Shown: positions 27,370-36,787, numbered from the stretch's first letter. The stretch is 64,000 nucleotides of DNA from Candidatus Parcubacteria bacterium (GCA_026395685.1 JAPLYG010000016.1:65035-129034), one strand, 5' to 3'. Notes: generated by a model not told the origin, from the sequence alone. Numbers and translations: made by a program.

Positions 27370-27663
27370 ATGCCTGATATCAATCAAATAAGAGTCTCAA
27401 TCTCAGAAGCTGCACGACTTTTTGGCGTAGATGCCAAAACAATCCGCCGGGCAATCAAGACCCAGGAGATCCGCTATGTGGTTGTGCGTGGCCGCTATAA
27501 GCTTAACTTTGAAAGCCTGATCAAGTGGTCACAGCGCAAAACAACCGTACGCAATAAAAGCAATAATCAGGGCATTGGCCAGTATGTTGGCCAGTGGAAG
27601 ATCAGTAATAAGCTTTACTCACCCAATCCGCCTAAGGATACTGAATTAGAAAATAAAAAATAA
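27370..27663 (+). CDS. Small helix-turn-helix DNA-binding protein (excisionase/MerR-like HTH_17-type)
   Basis: 97 aa. The opening VSISEAARLFGVDAKTIRRAIKTQEIRYVVVRGRYK is a classic Xis-like winged HTH. Confidence 0.5.
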   Translation: MPDINQIRVSISEAARLFGVDAKTIRRAIKTQEIRYVVVRGRYKLNFESLIKWSQRKTTVRNKSNNQGIGQYVGQWKISNKLYSPNPPKDTELENKK

Positions 27664-27800
27664 TTGAAATAAATAATCAATACTCAATCATCAAACAATA
27701 TCAAATATCTAATAACAAAATTCTAAACTTGTTTGGTAATTTGATATTATAGTTTAGTAATTGTTTGATTATCCCGAAGGGATCCCTTTGGGATTGATGA
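27664..27800. repeat. Family-A intergenic palindromic element (copy A2)
   Basis: The left part is aaataatcaatactcaatcatcaaacaatatcaaat...ctaaac, the centre is gtttagtaatt, and the right part is attgtttgattatc...gattgatgattgatgtttgatgatt. Confidence 0.6.
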
Positions 27801-27821
27801 TTGATGTTTGATGATTAAAAA

Positions 27822-27862
27822 ATAACAAAACCCCGCGTCCTTTCGGAACACGGGGTCTTGTT
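27822..27862. terminator. Intrinsic terminator between convergent genes
   Basis: Hairpin aaaaccccgcgtcctttcggaacacggggtcttgttttg. Confidence 0.5.
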
Positions 27863-27876
27863 TTGTATCTAATTAG

Positions 27877-29046
27877 TTATGCACTTTTAATTTCCATCTG
27901 GGTAACAGTTTTCTGATTCTTAGAGCTTAAAACTGAATTATAGGCATCAATTGTCTTTTTAACAATGTTCTCCCAATTATATTCAATTTCAGATCGATAC
28001 TGTAATTTTTCACCCATTTCCTGAACAACTTCAGGATGGTTCAATAAATACTGCAATTTCTGGCTTAAATCCGTAATGCTTTTACTGATAAAAGTTAAGC
28101 CGATTTCAGAAACCGCTTCCCTGTTAGGCGCGATATCACTGACTAATACTCCTTTGCCATAGCTCATTGCTTCCAATAAAGCGATTGATAAGCCTTCAGC
28201 TTCTGAAGGCTGCACAAATAAATAGGCATTAGAATATAATTCAGCTAAAGCTGTACCGGTTTGGTTGCCGGTAAAAATGATATTAGGATTGTCACCAGCC
28301 AAAGATTTCAAATACTGCACATAATCTTCAGTAAAATTGGCATCGCCAACAATTACTAATTTTTTGTCAGTATTTTTCAAGATGGAATAAGCTCTGATTA
28401 AATAATGCAAGCCTTTATGGCGAATCAGCCTGGAAACGGCCAAAATATAGTCATTACCGACTAATCCCCATTTAGCAGTGATTATTTGAGGTTTAATAGC
28501 AGCTGGTTGGTTTACACCATTAGGAATATAATCCAATTCGCCATTGAATTCCTGGCTATGAACCTGGGACTGATATTGAGAAACAGCAATGCACTTATCA
28601 GACCATTTAACAGAAATGTAAGCGCCTAAGCCTAAAAATTTTCTAGCCCAAACACCCCACTTTTTATGTTTCCTGTCGTCAGAGTGAAAAGTAGAAATGA
28701 CTTTGGCAGATCTTTTAAATAATTTAGGAATCCATAACAAACTGGAAGGTCCGATTGCATGATAATGAATAATATCAGCATCACGTCTTAAGACATCCAA
28801 GCTGGCTAACAAAGTATGAGAGATTGCATCCAAATGCTTAGTTTTAATGCTGGGCAAATGGATTAATTTTACGCCCTTATATTCAGTTAAACCTTTAGGA
28901 GTAAAATAATTTCTGCAATACACAAAAACTTCGTGACCTTCTTTCACTAATCTGGTAGCTAATTCCTCAACGTGGCGTTCAACGCCACCGGAAATAGCCG
29001 GTATTCCTTTTTGTCCGATAAAATAAATCTTCATATTTTTATACAA
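27877..29046 (-). CDS. Glycosyltransferase family 4
   Basis: Shows MKIYFIGQKGIPAISGGVERHVEELATRL and EAEGLSIALLEAMSYGKGVLVSDI. Confidence 0.8.
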   Translation of the reverse strand: MYKNMKIYFIGQKGIPAISGGVERHVEELATRLVKEGHEVFVYCRNYFTPKGLTEYKGVKLIHLPSIKTKHLDAISHTLLASLDVLRRDADIIHYHAIGPSSLLWIPKLFKRSAKVISTFHSDDRKHKKWGVWARKFLGLGAYISVKWSDKCIAVSQYQSQVHSQEFNGELDYIPNGVNQPAAIKPQIITAKWGLVGNDYILAVSRLIRHKGLHYLIRAYSILKNTDKKLVIVGDANFTEDYVQYLKSLAGDNPNIIFTGNQTGTALAELYSNAYLFVQPSEAEGLSIALLEAMSYGKGVLVSDIAPNREAVSEIGLTFISKSITDLSQKLQYLLNHPEVVQEMGEKLQYRSEIEYNWENIVKKTIDAYNSVLSSKNQKTVTQMEIKSA

Positions 29047-29289
29047 TATTAGATGAATTAATCCCCAAAGTACTAGGAAATTAAGACATTGGGGATTTAA
29101 TATTTAATATTGTATATTAGCATAAATTTGCTTCTTTGTCAACTATTTATTCTTAATTTAAGTAGCAAATGGCTAATTTTAGCCTTTTAAATCAATAAAT
29201 AAGGCAAAAATCACCTCTTGGGATTAATTACCTTACTATAATCTTTCTCCTATTGTCAAGTTTATTTTTTATTATATTTTGGGCTATAT

Positions 29290-29540
29290 AGGCGCGGACT
29301 AATCACCGAATGAATTCGGTAATACCCGAACAATCACCTGCGGGGTAACCCCGAATTTATTCGGGGTTGTATGGGCGCGGACTGATCACCGAATGAATTC
29401 GGTGATACCCGGAGACTGCGCGTTTGCATGGAACAACTTCCGTGGGGTAACCCCGAATTTATTCGGGGTTGTATGGGCAAGGACGAATCACCGAATGAAT
29501 TCGGTGATACCCCAAAAATTCCCGCGGGGTTACCCCGAAA
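29290..29540. repeat. Second REP/BIME-like array, about 2.5 units, in inverted orientation relative to 18045-18330
   Basis: Alternating (a/g)atcaccgaatgaattcggt(g/a)ata and ggggtaaccccgaatttattcggggttgtatgggcgcggac. It is the reverse complement of the unit architecture at 18045-18330. Confidence 0.8.
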
Positions 29541-29603
29541 AAAAGCGTTTTAATTGTTAATATTTTATTTTGAAAACATTTACAAATAGCGTATAATTAA
29601 ACC

Positions 29604-30755
29604 ATGAAAACTTTACAAAAAATCTGCCTGGCCATTGTAAAAATAAAAATTTCCATTTGCTGGCAAATTGGGTGTTTTTTTATTAAACCCAAGGCTGCTG
29701 ATTTACAAAAATTATCAGCTGACGGTCAGTTTAAAAATATTCTGGTTTGCGAATTGAATTTTATCGGCGATGCTTTATTGATCACCCCCTGCCTGCGGCA
29801 GATCAAACAAAATTATCCGCAAAGTAAAATTACTGTTCTAACCGGATTAAAAGCCAGCCAACAACTTTTAACCAATAATCCCAACATTGACCATCTGCTA
29901 ACAGCAAAAAATCATTGGCAGATTTTTATCTTCAGCCTTAAGAATAGAAACAAATTTGATATTTTGCTTGATTTTAGCGCCAACTTTTATAAGGCCTTTT
30001 TGCTTACTTTATCCAATATCCCCTATCGCATCGGAACCAAACCAAAACAAAAAATCCTCCTTAAAAATCGCGACGGCTTTGGCTGGCTTTATACCCATAC
30101 AAAAAACTTTAGCAGCCAGACACACATTGCTGATTATTTTCTAAGCTTGCTTGAATTTTTAGGCAACAATATTCTGGATAATCATCTGGAGATTTATCTG
30201 GATGATAAAGAAAAAAAAGACAGCTTTAAGCTGCTGACAAAATATAATCTAAACGAGAATCAGTTTTTAGTCTTGCATCCCGGGGTAAATGACCAGGGCA
30301 AAGCCTGGAATATTAAAGCCTGGCAGGAACTGGCGCAAAAATTAGTCAGCCAATATAAACTTGTGTTTACCGGCTCAACCGAAGACCAAGATTTGATTGC
30401 TGAAATTTGTCAAGATTTAAAACCCGGACAAGCTCTTAATCTGGCGGGAAAATTAGAAATCAGGCAAACAGCCACCCTGATTTTCCGAGCGCAGGCTTTT
30501 ATTGGCGTTGATACAGGGCCATTACATATTGCAGTCAGCTTTAATAAACCGATTGTTGCTATTTTTAATACCACTCACCCGCAAAACTATTTGCCCAGCC
30601 GCAATAATATTGAAATTCTGAATACCCCGGAAAAATGCAAACAGCATTTTACTTTAAATTACATCAAAACCAAAAGACAGTATAAACAAAATGAATGTTC
30701 TCAAATAATCAAGCCGCAGCAAGTACTTGAGGCTTTGGAAAAGCTGGAAAAATAA
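29604..30755 (+). CDS. Glycosyltransferase family 9 (heptosyltransferase-like)
   Basis: Shows ILVCELNFIGDALLITPCLRQIKQNYPQSKITVL and GVDTGPLHIAVSFNKPIVAIF, which are characteristic GT9 blocks. Confidence 0.75.
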   Translation: MKTLQKICLAIVKIKISICWQIGCFFIKPKAADLQKLSADGQFKNILVCELNFIGDALLITPCLRQIKQNYPQSKITVLTGLKASQQLLTNNPNIDHLLTAKNHWQIFIFSLKNRNKFDILLDFSANFYKAFLLTLSNIPYRIGTKPKQKILLKNRDGFGWLYTHTKNFSSQTHIADYFLSLLEFLGNNILDNHLEIYLDDKEKKDSFKLLTKYNLNENQFLVLHPGVNDQGKAWNIKAWQELAQKLVSQYKLVFTGSTEDQDLIAEICQDLKPGQALNLAGKLEIRQTATLIFRAQAFIGVDTGPLHIAVSFNKPIVAIFNTTHPQNYLPSRNNIEILNTPEKCKQHFTLNYIKTKRQYKQNECSQIIKPQQVLEALEKLEK

Positions 30756-30866
30756 ATGATCTCTTATAATAGGATACCTACGGCAAAATAGCTGGCGGTA
30801 TTTATGTTACAGGCTACGACCGCGATAGCGGTTAATTAAAACTAACGAACCTAAACGTTTTTATCC

Positions 30867-30965
30867 CTCCCTGGGGGCTTGGGGGTGCGAACTAAGCGTC
30901 AAGTTCAAAGTTACGAACAAACCATCTGCACTAGCGCATTGAGCACCCCCAAAACTTTTTTGATT
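30867..30965 (+). ncRNA. Candidate structured small RNA / terminator-containing element (family C, copy 3)
   Basis: The stem cttgggggtgc...gcacccccaa encloses gaactaagcg / tacgaac / catctgcactagcgcattga. It is followed by aaaactttttttg and the AT hairpin ttactttttt-agttat-aaaaaagtaa (30966-30992). The stem changes are compensatory relative to copy 2. Confidence 0.4.
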
Positions 30966-30989
30966 ACTTTTTTAGTTATAAAAAAGTAA

Positions 30990-31040
30990 GATGCCGACCT
31001 ACGTCGGCCGAAGCCGACTTCGGTCGGCGCAGGCCGGAGG
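30990..31040. terminator. Pair of GC-rich hairpins between convergent genes
   Basis: The hairpins are gccgacctacgtcggc and gccgacttcggtcggc. They are strikingly GC-rich against the AT-rich background. Confidence 0.4.
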
Positions 31041-31229
31041 CAGAATTTATTAGATTTTCGTCTAAAGCTACTTTTTTTTCCTAAACTTTTTTATATATTT
31101 AATGTATTATAACTTGCTGATCCACAAGCTTCATTCTAAACACACACGCCTGCTACGCAGGAGAATTTTCAAGTAAAAACAAAGGCAACACAATCTTGTG
31201 CCGCCTATATTGTTATTTCATGTATCTTT

Positions 31230-32450
31230 TTATTTAAGTAATTGTTTATATATTTTAATAATCTCAGCAAGATGCTTTTGCGGATCGCAGTTTGTTTCCA
31301 CCCAACGGCGGCAATTTTCGCCAATTACTTTAAGTTCAGCATCATTATTATAAAGACTTTTAATTTTATCGGCTAAATCATAATCATCCCCGGGAACAAA
31401 AACCAATCCGGTTTTATTGTCTTTAACCAGCTCGGGAATGCCTCCCAAATCAGAACCGATCACCGGCTTACCAAGAGCAAAAGCCTCTAATATCGCCAGC
31501 GGATTATTTTCATACCAAAGCGAAGGGGCAATTACAATTTTTGACTGGCTGATCAAATCCATTAATTCCTGCCCTGATTTATAACCAATCATTTTTATAT
31601 TTTCCAGATTATGGTCTTTAAGATACTGCCTAATTTCAGCCTCAATCGGCCCAGTGCCTATAATGGTCAATTTTATCTCCGGCAAGCTTTTACAGGCCTC
31701 TAAAAGCGTAAAAATGCCCTTTTCCGGGCTCAAACGCCCGATATAGCATATTCCCTCCCCCAATTTATTCTGGGGCTTAAATCGCGTCAAATCAAAGGAA
31801 TAATAAAGCTGCTTTATTTTTTGTTCTGGCAAATGCCAGTCTTTGATTTTTTGGGCTAAAAATTTGCTGGGAGCAATAAATATCTTGACCTGGTTATAAC
31901 TTTTTAAAATTATTTTGTGTCCGTACATTTCCAGCATTGCCAAAAAGCTTAAACTGCCTGAATTTTTTAAACACCTGTATTTCCAGCAATTATAATATTT
32001 ATGGACCTTGCATCGTTCACAAACTTCGCCCTGAGTAAAAAGCTGATAATTAGGACAAATCGCCTTATAATCATGCAGTGTCCAGACAACCGGAATTTTA
32101 TGCTTTTTTAAAACTCCTAAAATTGAGGGGGTGAGCTGAAAATTAAAATTATGCAGATGAGCAATGTCAGGCTTTTCTTCCCTGATTAATTTGCCCAGTT
32201 TCTTTTTGGCTTCACAAGAATAAAGCAAATGCAGAGCTTTTTTCAGATCCTTAAACCAGCCTTCGCGTTTATCAAAATTTATATTTTTTATAAAATACCG
32301 GCTGTATTTGGAATTCCTGTTTTTTTCATCCTGCATGGAAAATTCAATAACTTCATGTCCAGCTTTTTTCAATAACTCGGACAAGGCAAAAAAATAGGTT
32401 TCGCTTCCGCCCTTGGGATAAAAAAATTTATTAATCTGGAGAATCTTCAT
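31230..32450 (-). CDS. Glycosyltransferase family 4
   Basis: Shows MKILQINKFFYPKGGSETYFFALSELLKKAGHEV and YENNPLAILEAFALGKPVIGSDLGGIPELV. Confidence 0.8.
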   Translation of the reverse strand: MKILQINKFFYPKGGSETYFFALSELLKKAGHEVIEFSMQDEKNRNSKYSRYFIKNINFDKREGWFKDLKKALHLLYSCEAKKKLGKLIREEKPDIAHLHNFNFQLTPSILGVLKKHKIPVVWTLHDYKAICPNYQLFTQGEVCERCKVHKYYNCWKYRCLKNSGSLSFLAMLEMYGHKIILKSYNQVKIFIAPSKFLAQKIKDWHLPEQKIKQLYYSFDLTRFKPQNKLGEGICYIGRLSPEKGIFTLLEACKSLPEIKLTIIGTGPIEAEIRQYLKDHNLENIKMIGYKSGQELMDLISQSKIVIAPSLWYENNPLAILEAFALGKPVIGSDLGGIPELVKDNKTGLVFVPGDDYDLADKIKSLYNNDAELKVIGENCRRWVETNCDPQKHLAEIIKIYKQLLK

Positions 32451-32476
32451 ATTTAAAAATTCAAATTAACTTTAAA

Positions 32477-33226
32477 TTAATCTTTTGTGCCAATAGCAAA
32501 AATCATCTCATCCACTATTTTTGGCACTGGCGTAAAATTCACCCAAAAACGAAATTTCCAACAGGCATTAGATATTTTTTGCAGTAAAAAGCGCAGTATA
32601 CGAGAAAGAGTATTTAAAGGCATAGCAAACGGCTTAATTTCAACTTCACTAAAACCTGAGACCGTTAAAACTTGATTAAGGCTGAATTCTGTAAAACCGA
32701 CTTCATGGGTAAAATCAGAATAACGCATCCGCGCCCCGGTAATTGACGCCAAGTTATTGGTTTTAATAAGCAAACGGCCGCCCTTTTTTAAAGCCGCATA
32801 AATTATCTCCAAATCCGTAATTATTTCATTTTTAGGCAAATGCTCGATAACATCATTTAAAACAACTAAATCGTAGATATTATTTTTATTGCGTAAAAAT
32901 TCCGCCAAAGAACTGATTTCCTCCACTTTGTCAGTCACATTCTGTTTGCAAATATTTAGCATTTGCTCGCTGATATCAATTCCTAAAAAATTTTTATAGC
33001 CCTTTTCTTTAAGCCATGATAAAAACTGCCCCAGGCCGCAGCCAATATCTAAAATGGCGACTTTTTTATCTTCAGGCAAAAAATTTTTATAATTCCATTC
33101 ATAAGTTTGCGCCATATTCCGCAGATTAGCTTCAAAAGAGCCGAACTCTTTAACCGAGGTCATGCCGCTGGAATGAAATTGATTGAATATTTTTTCATTT
33201 TTATTAGCCATATATTTAAATAACAT
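32477..33226 (-). CDS. Class I SAM-dependent methyltransferase
   Basis: The SAM-binding motif I is VAILDIGCGLGQF. The acidic loop is LGIDISEQM. Confidence 0.75.
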   Translation of the reverse strand: MLFKYMANKNEKIFNQFHSSGMTSVKEFGSFEANLRNMAQTYEWNYKNFLPEDKKVAILDIGCGLGQFLSWLKEKGYKNFLGIDISEQMLNICKQNVTDKVEEISSLAEFLRNKNNIYDLVVLNDVIEHLPKNEIITDLEIIYAALKKGGRLLIKTNNLASITGARMRYSDFTHEVGFTEFSLNQVLTVSGFSEVEIKPFAMPLNTLSRILRFLLQKISNACWKFRFWVNFTPVPKIVDEMIFAIGTKD

Positions 33227-33234
33227 TTAGTAAA

Positions 33235-34599
33235 TTAGCTCAAATATCTGACTTTATATAATTTTAAAGTAGCCAAGGCCAAGCCAACCGGCAGCCAGGT
33301 TTTTACAATATAATAGCTGGTGCCGAATAATTGAAAAATAAAAACTCCGATAACAGCCAGAAAAAATCCCAAGATGACCCAGGAATATTCGGCCTTGGCA
33401 TTTTGCTGGTAAGCTTTATAAATAATATAAATAAAGTAAAAGATCAAAAAGCAAAAGCAGGCAGTGCCTACAAAACCAGTTTCTGCCAAATTTTTAAAAA
33501 TAAAACCGTGAGAATCCAAGGCTGAGCCGTATTCAATGATATACCATTTAACCTGGGACATTATTTGGGTAAAGATACCAACACCGCTGCCAAATAAAGG
33601 ATATTTTCTAAAGAGCATAAACGACACTTCAATCAGTTTTAAACGATTTAAAGTCGCGCTTTCCGTAATACCGGCCTGCGTTAATTTATACATTAAAAAT
33701 ATGGCCGGGATCAATACAATTGCTAAAAGATATAAAGCAGCCGGACTTAATATTTTCTTCATCTGCTGGCGATATTTGAGCCAGACCAAAATCGCCAGTT
33801 GCACACCCAATGCTATCCAACCGGAACGAGATAAAGTCAGTAAATTTATGCCTGCCATCAGTATTGCGCCGCTCAGATAAATATTTTTCCAAAATATATT
33901 TTTCTCCTGCCAGAATAAAATCAAAGCCATGGGAATCAGGAAAATAAACACTTCTGATAAAAGATTATGATTTTGCCCCAGAGGATAAACGCCTAAAATC
34001 GAAATCGGCAAAACGCGCCTGGCGCCGACTACGGGCGGGAAAAGAAGCGACCAGACACCGGTAAATGCCAGGGTGACCCCCAAAACAAATAAAATCTGCA
34101 AAACATTTTTCAGCTTTTTCAAAGTATCAACCAGATTAAAAGGCAAAACAACAAACATCAGATAGAAAAAAATTATCGGCCGCAATAAATATTTCAGACA
34201 AAAACTAAAATATTCATGTTCAACATTCAATAAAGACAAAAAGCAGGCAATCACATAAAGTGCCATAAAAAACAGACCCGGAAACATTTTCAGGGTGAGA
34301 GGCTCTCTTTTCTCCATAAATGACTGGCGAATCATCCAGGCGATAAAAAGCATTAAGGCAACAAGGTCAACATAGGGTACATTTAAATCACCATAGACAA
34401 ATTCTAAATAGGTAAAAGGAAACAATAAGGCAATCAGATAAATCCCGACCTGCGGGTAGCGTACCAATAAAGTAACCGCTAAGATAAGGGCGATAAAAAC
34501 CAAAATATAATATAAAGGCAAATCAGCCTGAGAAAACCCCATGCTAATAAATCCTGACAGCAACAATAAGCCAATTAGTATTTTTTTTATTCCAGACAT
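33235..34599 (-). CDS. O-antigen ligase/polymerase-like (Wzy_C family) polytopic membrane protein
   Basis: 454 aa with more than 10 TM helices. A large loop contains LTLSRSGWIALGVQLAIL, typical of O-antigen-ligase family proteins. Confidence 0.6.
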   Translation of the reverse strand: MSGIKKILIGLLLLSGFISMGFSQADLPLYYILVFIALILAVTLLVRYPQVGIYLIALLFPFTYLEFVYGDLNVPYVDLVALMLFIAWMIRQSFMEKREPLTLKMFPGLFFMALYVIACFLSLLNVEHEYFSFCLKYLLRPIIFFYLMFVVLPFNLVDTLKKLKNVLQILFVLGVTLAFTGVWSLLFPPVVGARRVLPISILGVYPLGQNHNLLSEVFIFLIPMALILFWQEKNIFWKNIYLSGAILMAGINLLTLSRSGWIALGVQLAILVWLKYRQQMKKILSPAALYLLAIVLIPAIFLMYKLTQAGITESATLNRLKLIEVSFMLFRKYPLFGSGVGIFTQIMSQVKWYIIEYGSALDSHGFIFKNLAETGFVGTACFCFLIFYFIYIIYKAYQQNAKAEYSWVILGFFLAVIGVFIFQLFGTSYYIVKTWLPVGLALATLKLYKVRYLS

Positions 34600-34601
34600 A
34601 A

Positions 34602-35582
34602 TTATAAGTTAACGCCAAAAATCTTAGCTTTAATAATCCAGCCAATGACCCGGGGCGCGTGTCTTTCCATTGCATAACGCGCCGTGCACATCATCCAGTT
34701 CTGATTTATTTTTTCCAAAGAAATCGCCTCTTGGGAGACTTTACTGTAATATAAGTCGCTAAAATTATTAAATTCTTTTAAATTACCCATAATATGGCCA
34801 GAAACATCAGCAGGATAGACATTGCCCAGCGGATCAATAAAAATATTATCCTGGCCCGAATAATTAGGCAGTAAACGCTTGCCCGTAGCTAAAAACTTGT
34901 ATAAAGCATAGGCAAAATAAGCACGCAGCCAGCGCTTTACATTCCAGGTGTTCAATTCTTCCTTAATCAGCAGGCCAAACTCCTGCCTGAATTCTTCCAG
35001 CTTAGTTATCTTATTGTCTGTGGTATTAAAATAATTTTCCGCATTATGTATGGCTGCCAAAGTAAATTCAGTGCCTAATTCTTGGGATAACTGATAAACC
35101 TTATATAACTGGTCAATATTATAATCCCCTGCCGTATAGGCTAAGCGGATATTTTTCACGCCCAAAGCTTTTAATTCTTTGATTGTTGCCAAGACTTTTT
35201 GAAAACCGCCCGGTATGCCGCGAATTTGGTCATGGATTTCGCCAATCCCGTCAACTGAAATACCAATGCCAATCTCCGGCTTAATTTTTAAAATCTCCTG
35301 CATTTTTGCCTTGATTAATTCTGTAGCAAAGCCATTACTGGAAATAACTATTCTGGCTTGCGGATTTTTGGCTACCAATAACTTAATCAGATCCACCAGA
35401 TCAGGCCGTAAAAACGGCTCGCCTCCGCTGATATTTATATCTTTAAAGCTAGCCGGTAATTTTTCATATTCTGACAATGCTAAAACAGGCAAAGGTTCAC
35501 TTTTCCAGATATTGCACATCCGACATTTGGAATTGCAATTGTATGTGACTGCGAGAACTAAATCTCGGGGTAATTTGGACAT
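34602..35582 (-). CDS. Radical SAM domain protein
   Basis: The CxxxCxxC cluster is CNSKCRMCNIW. A glycine-rich SAM motif (NISGGEPFL) follows. Confidence 0.8.
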   Translation of the reverse strand: MSKLPRDLVLAVTYNCNSKCRMCNIWKSEPLPVLALSEYEKLPASFKDINISGGEPFLRPDLVDLIKLLVAKNPQARIVISSNGFATELIKAKMQEILKIKPEIGIGISVDGIGEIHDQIRGIPGGFQKVLATIKELKALGVKNIRLAYTAGDYNIDQLYKVYQLSQELGTEFTLAAIHNAENYFNTTDNKITKLEEFRQEFGLLIKEELNTWNVKRWLRAYFAYALYKFLATGKRLLPNYSGQDNIFIDPLGNVYPADVSGHIMGNLKEFNNFSDLYYSKVSQEAISLEKINQNWMMCTARYAMERHAPRVIGWIIKAKIFGVNL

Positions 35583-35893
35583 AGTTTATTAGTCGTTCGT
35601 TATACAATTACGATAAATCGTTACGTTTTTCGTCCTACGATGGGCGTTACATTAAACGTTAAACGTCTGACGTAACGAACTTCGATGCCATTAAACGATT
35701 AAATTAATTATATCATATTTTCGCTAAATCTTCATTCAAAGATTCAATAGAAACAAATCATCCCGAACCTACAAGGTACGGGACGATATATTAATTGATG
35801 GCATAGTATTTAGGTAAAGAAATTAACGGATTCAAGTGCCAGTGCAATGTATTACTTTGCACTAGCTAGCATCCTAATCTTAACCCAGCCACT

Positions 35894-36679
35894 TTATTTC
35901 AAATGATCATGCATAGTTATAATTTTGGTGTTTTTTTGTTTGGCAGCATATTCAGCATCAAAACCAAAAGATTTGTCCTCAAGCAGGGTTGAATCCATAT
36001 TATTCCCCTGCTGGTCATTTTGAGTATATACTTTGTGAGGATGATAAGCTGTTTGCTGATATCTTTGCATTCTGCGGGAAGCGCGTAAAATCACATAATA
36101 ACTGCCGATTACCAAGCCGGCAATCAAAGCAACAATAAGATTTAAAGCAACATTGGGTCTGACCGGATATTTACTGATAAAAACATCATCAACTACTTTG
36201 ATTTCCACATCAGTACCGCCGCCATGATAATCTGAACCTTTATTAACCAAAACATAAGCAATCGTTTTAACTAATTGAGACGCGAGACCGCGATCAACAT
36301 CATAAACAGTAATTTCCAAAATACCTGATTCAGGGATAACATCAGCTTCTATATTTTTCTTCCAGGCCTTACGTCTTTCAGTTGGATCTGAAGGAAATTT
36401 AGAGGTAAGCTCGCTGTTTGTTTCCAAAACTTCATTATAAAAGACAGAAGTATAGATAATGCTTGCTAAATTCTTACCGATTCTTTCTGCTGATTTGGTG
36501 GCAGTATAAGCATCTAAATTTTGCTCCTGCTTTTGAATAATTAAAATTTTTGTAGAAGCAGAATACTGAAAAGGTGAAAATAAACTTACAACTAACGCAA
36601 TAACAATCGCCAAGCCAGTAAACAAAGCGATTAATTCCCAATTCTTGCTTAATATCTTAAAATATTGAACATTCTCCAT
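35894..36679 (-). CDS. Wzz/chain-length-determinant-like protein (two TM helices flanking a periplasmic domain)
   Basis: The N-terminus KNWELIALFTGLAIVIALVVSLFSPFQYSASTKILI resembles the Wzz N-terminal motif. A C-terminal TM (LIVALIAGLVIGSYYVIL) follows before an RRM-rich tail. Confidence 0.55.
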   Translation of the reverse strand: MENVQYFKILSKNWELIALFTGLAIVIALVVSLFSPFQYSASTKILIIQKQEQNLDAYTATKSAERIGKNLASIIYTSVFYNEVLETNSELTSKFPSDPTERRKAWKKNIEADVIPESGILEITVYDVDRGLASQLVKTIAYVLVNKGSDYHGGGTDVEIKVVDDVFISKYPVRPNVALNLIVALIAGLVIGSYYVILRASRRMQRYQQTAYHPHKVYTQNDQQGNNMDSTLLEDKSFGFDAEYAAKQKNTKIITMHDHLK

Positions 36680-36787
36680 ATAATTTGTTAGATAATAATA
36701 TTAATTGGATAATATCATAATATTGGAAGTTTGTCAAGGTTGTGTCCTAATTATACTTATCTTTTATTTCCAAATCATTGCTCTTTT

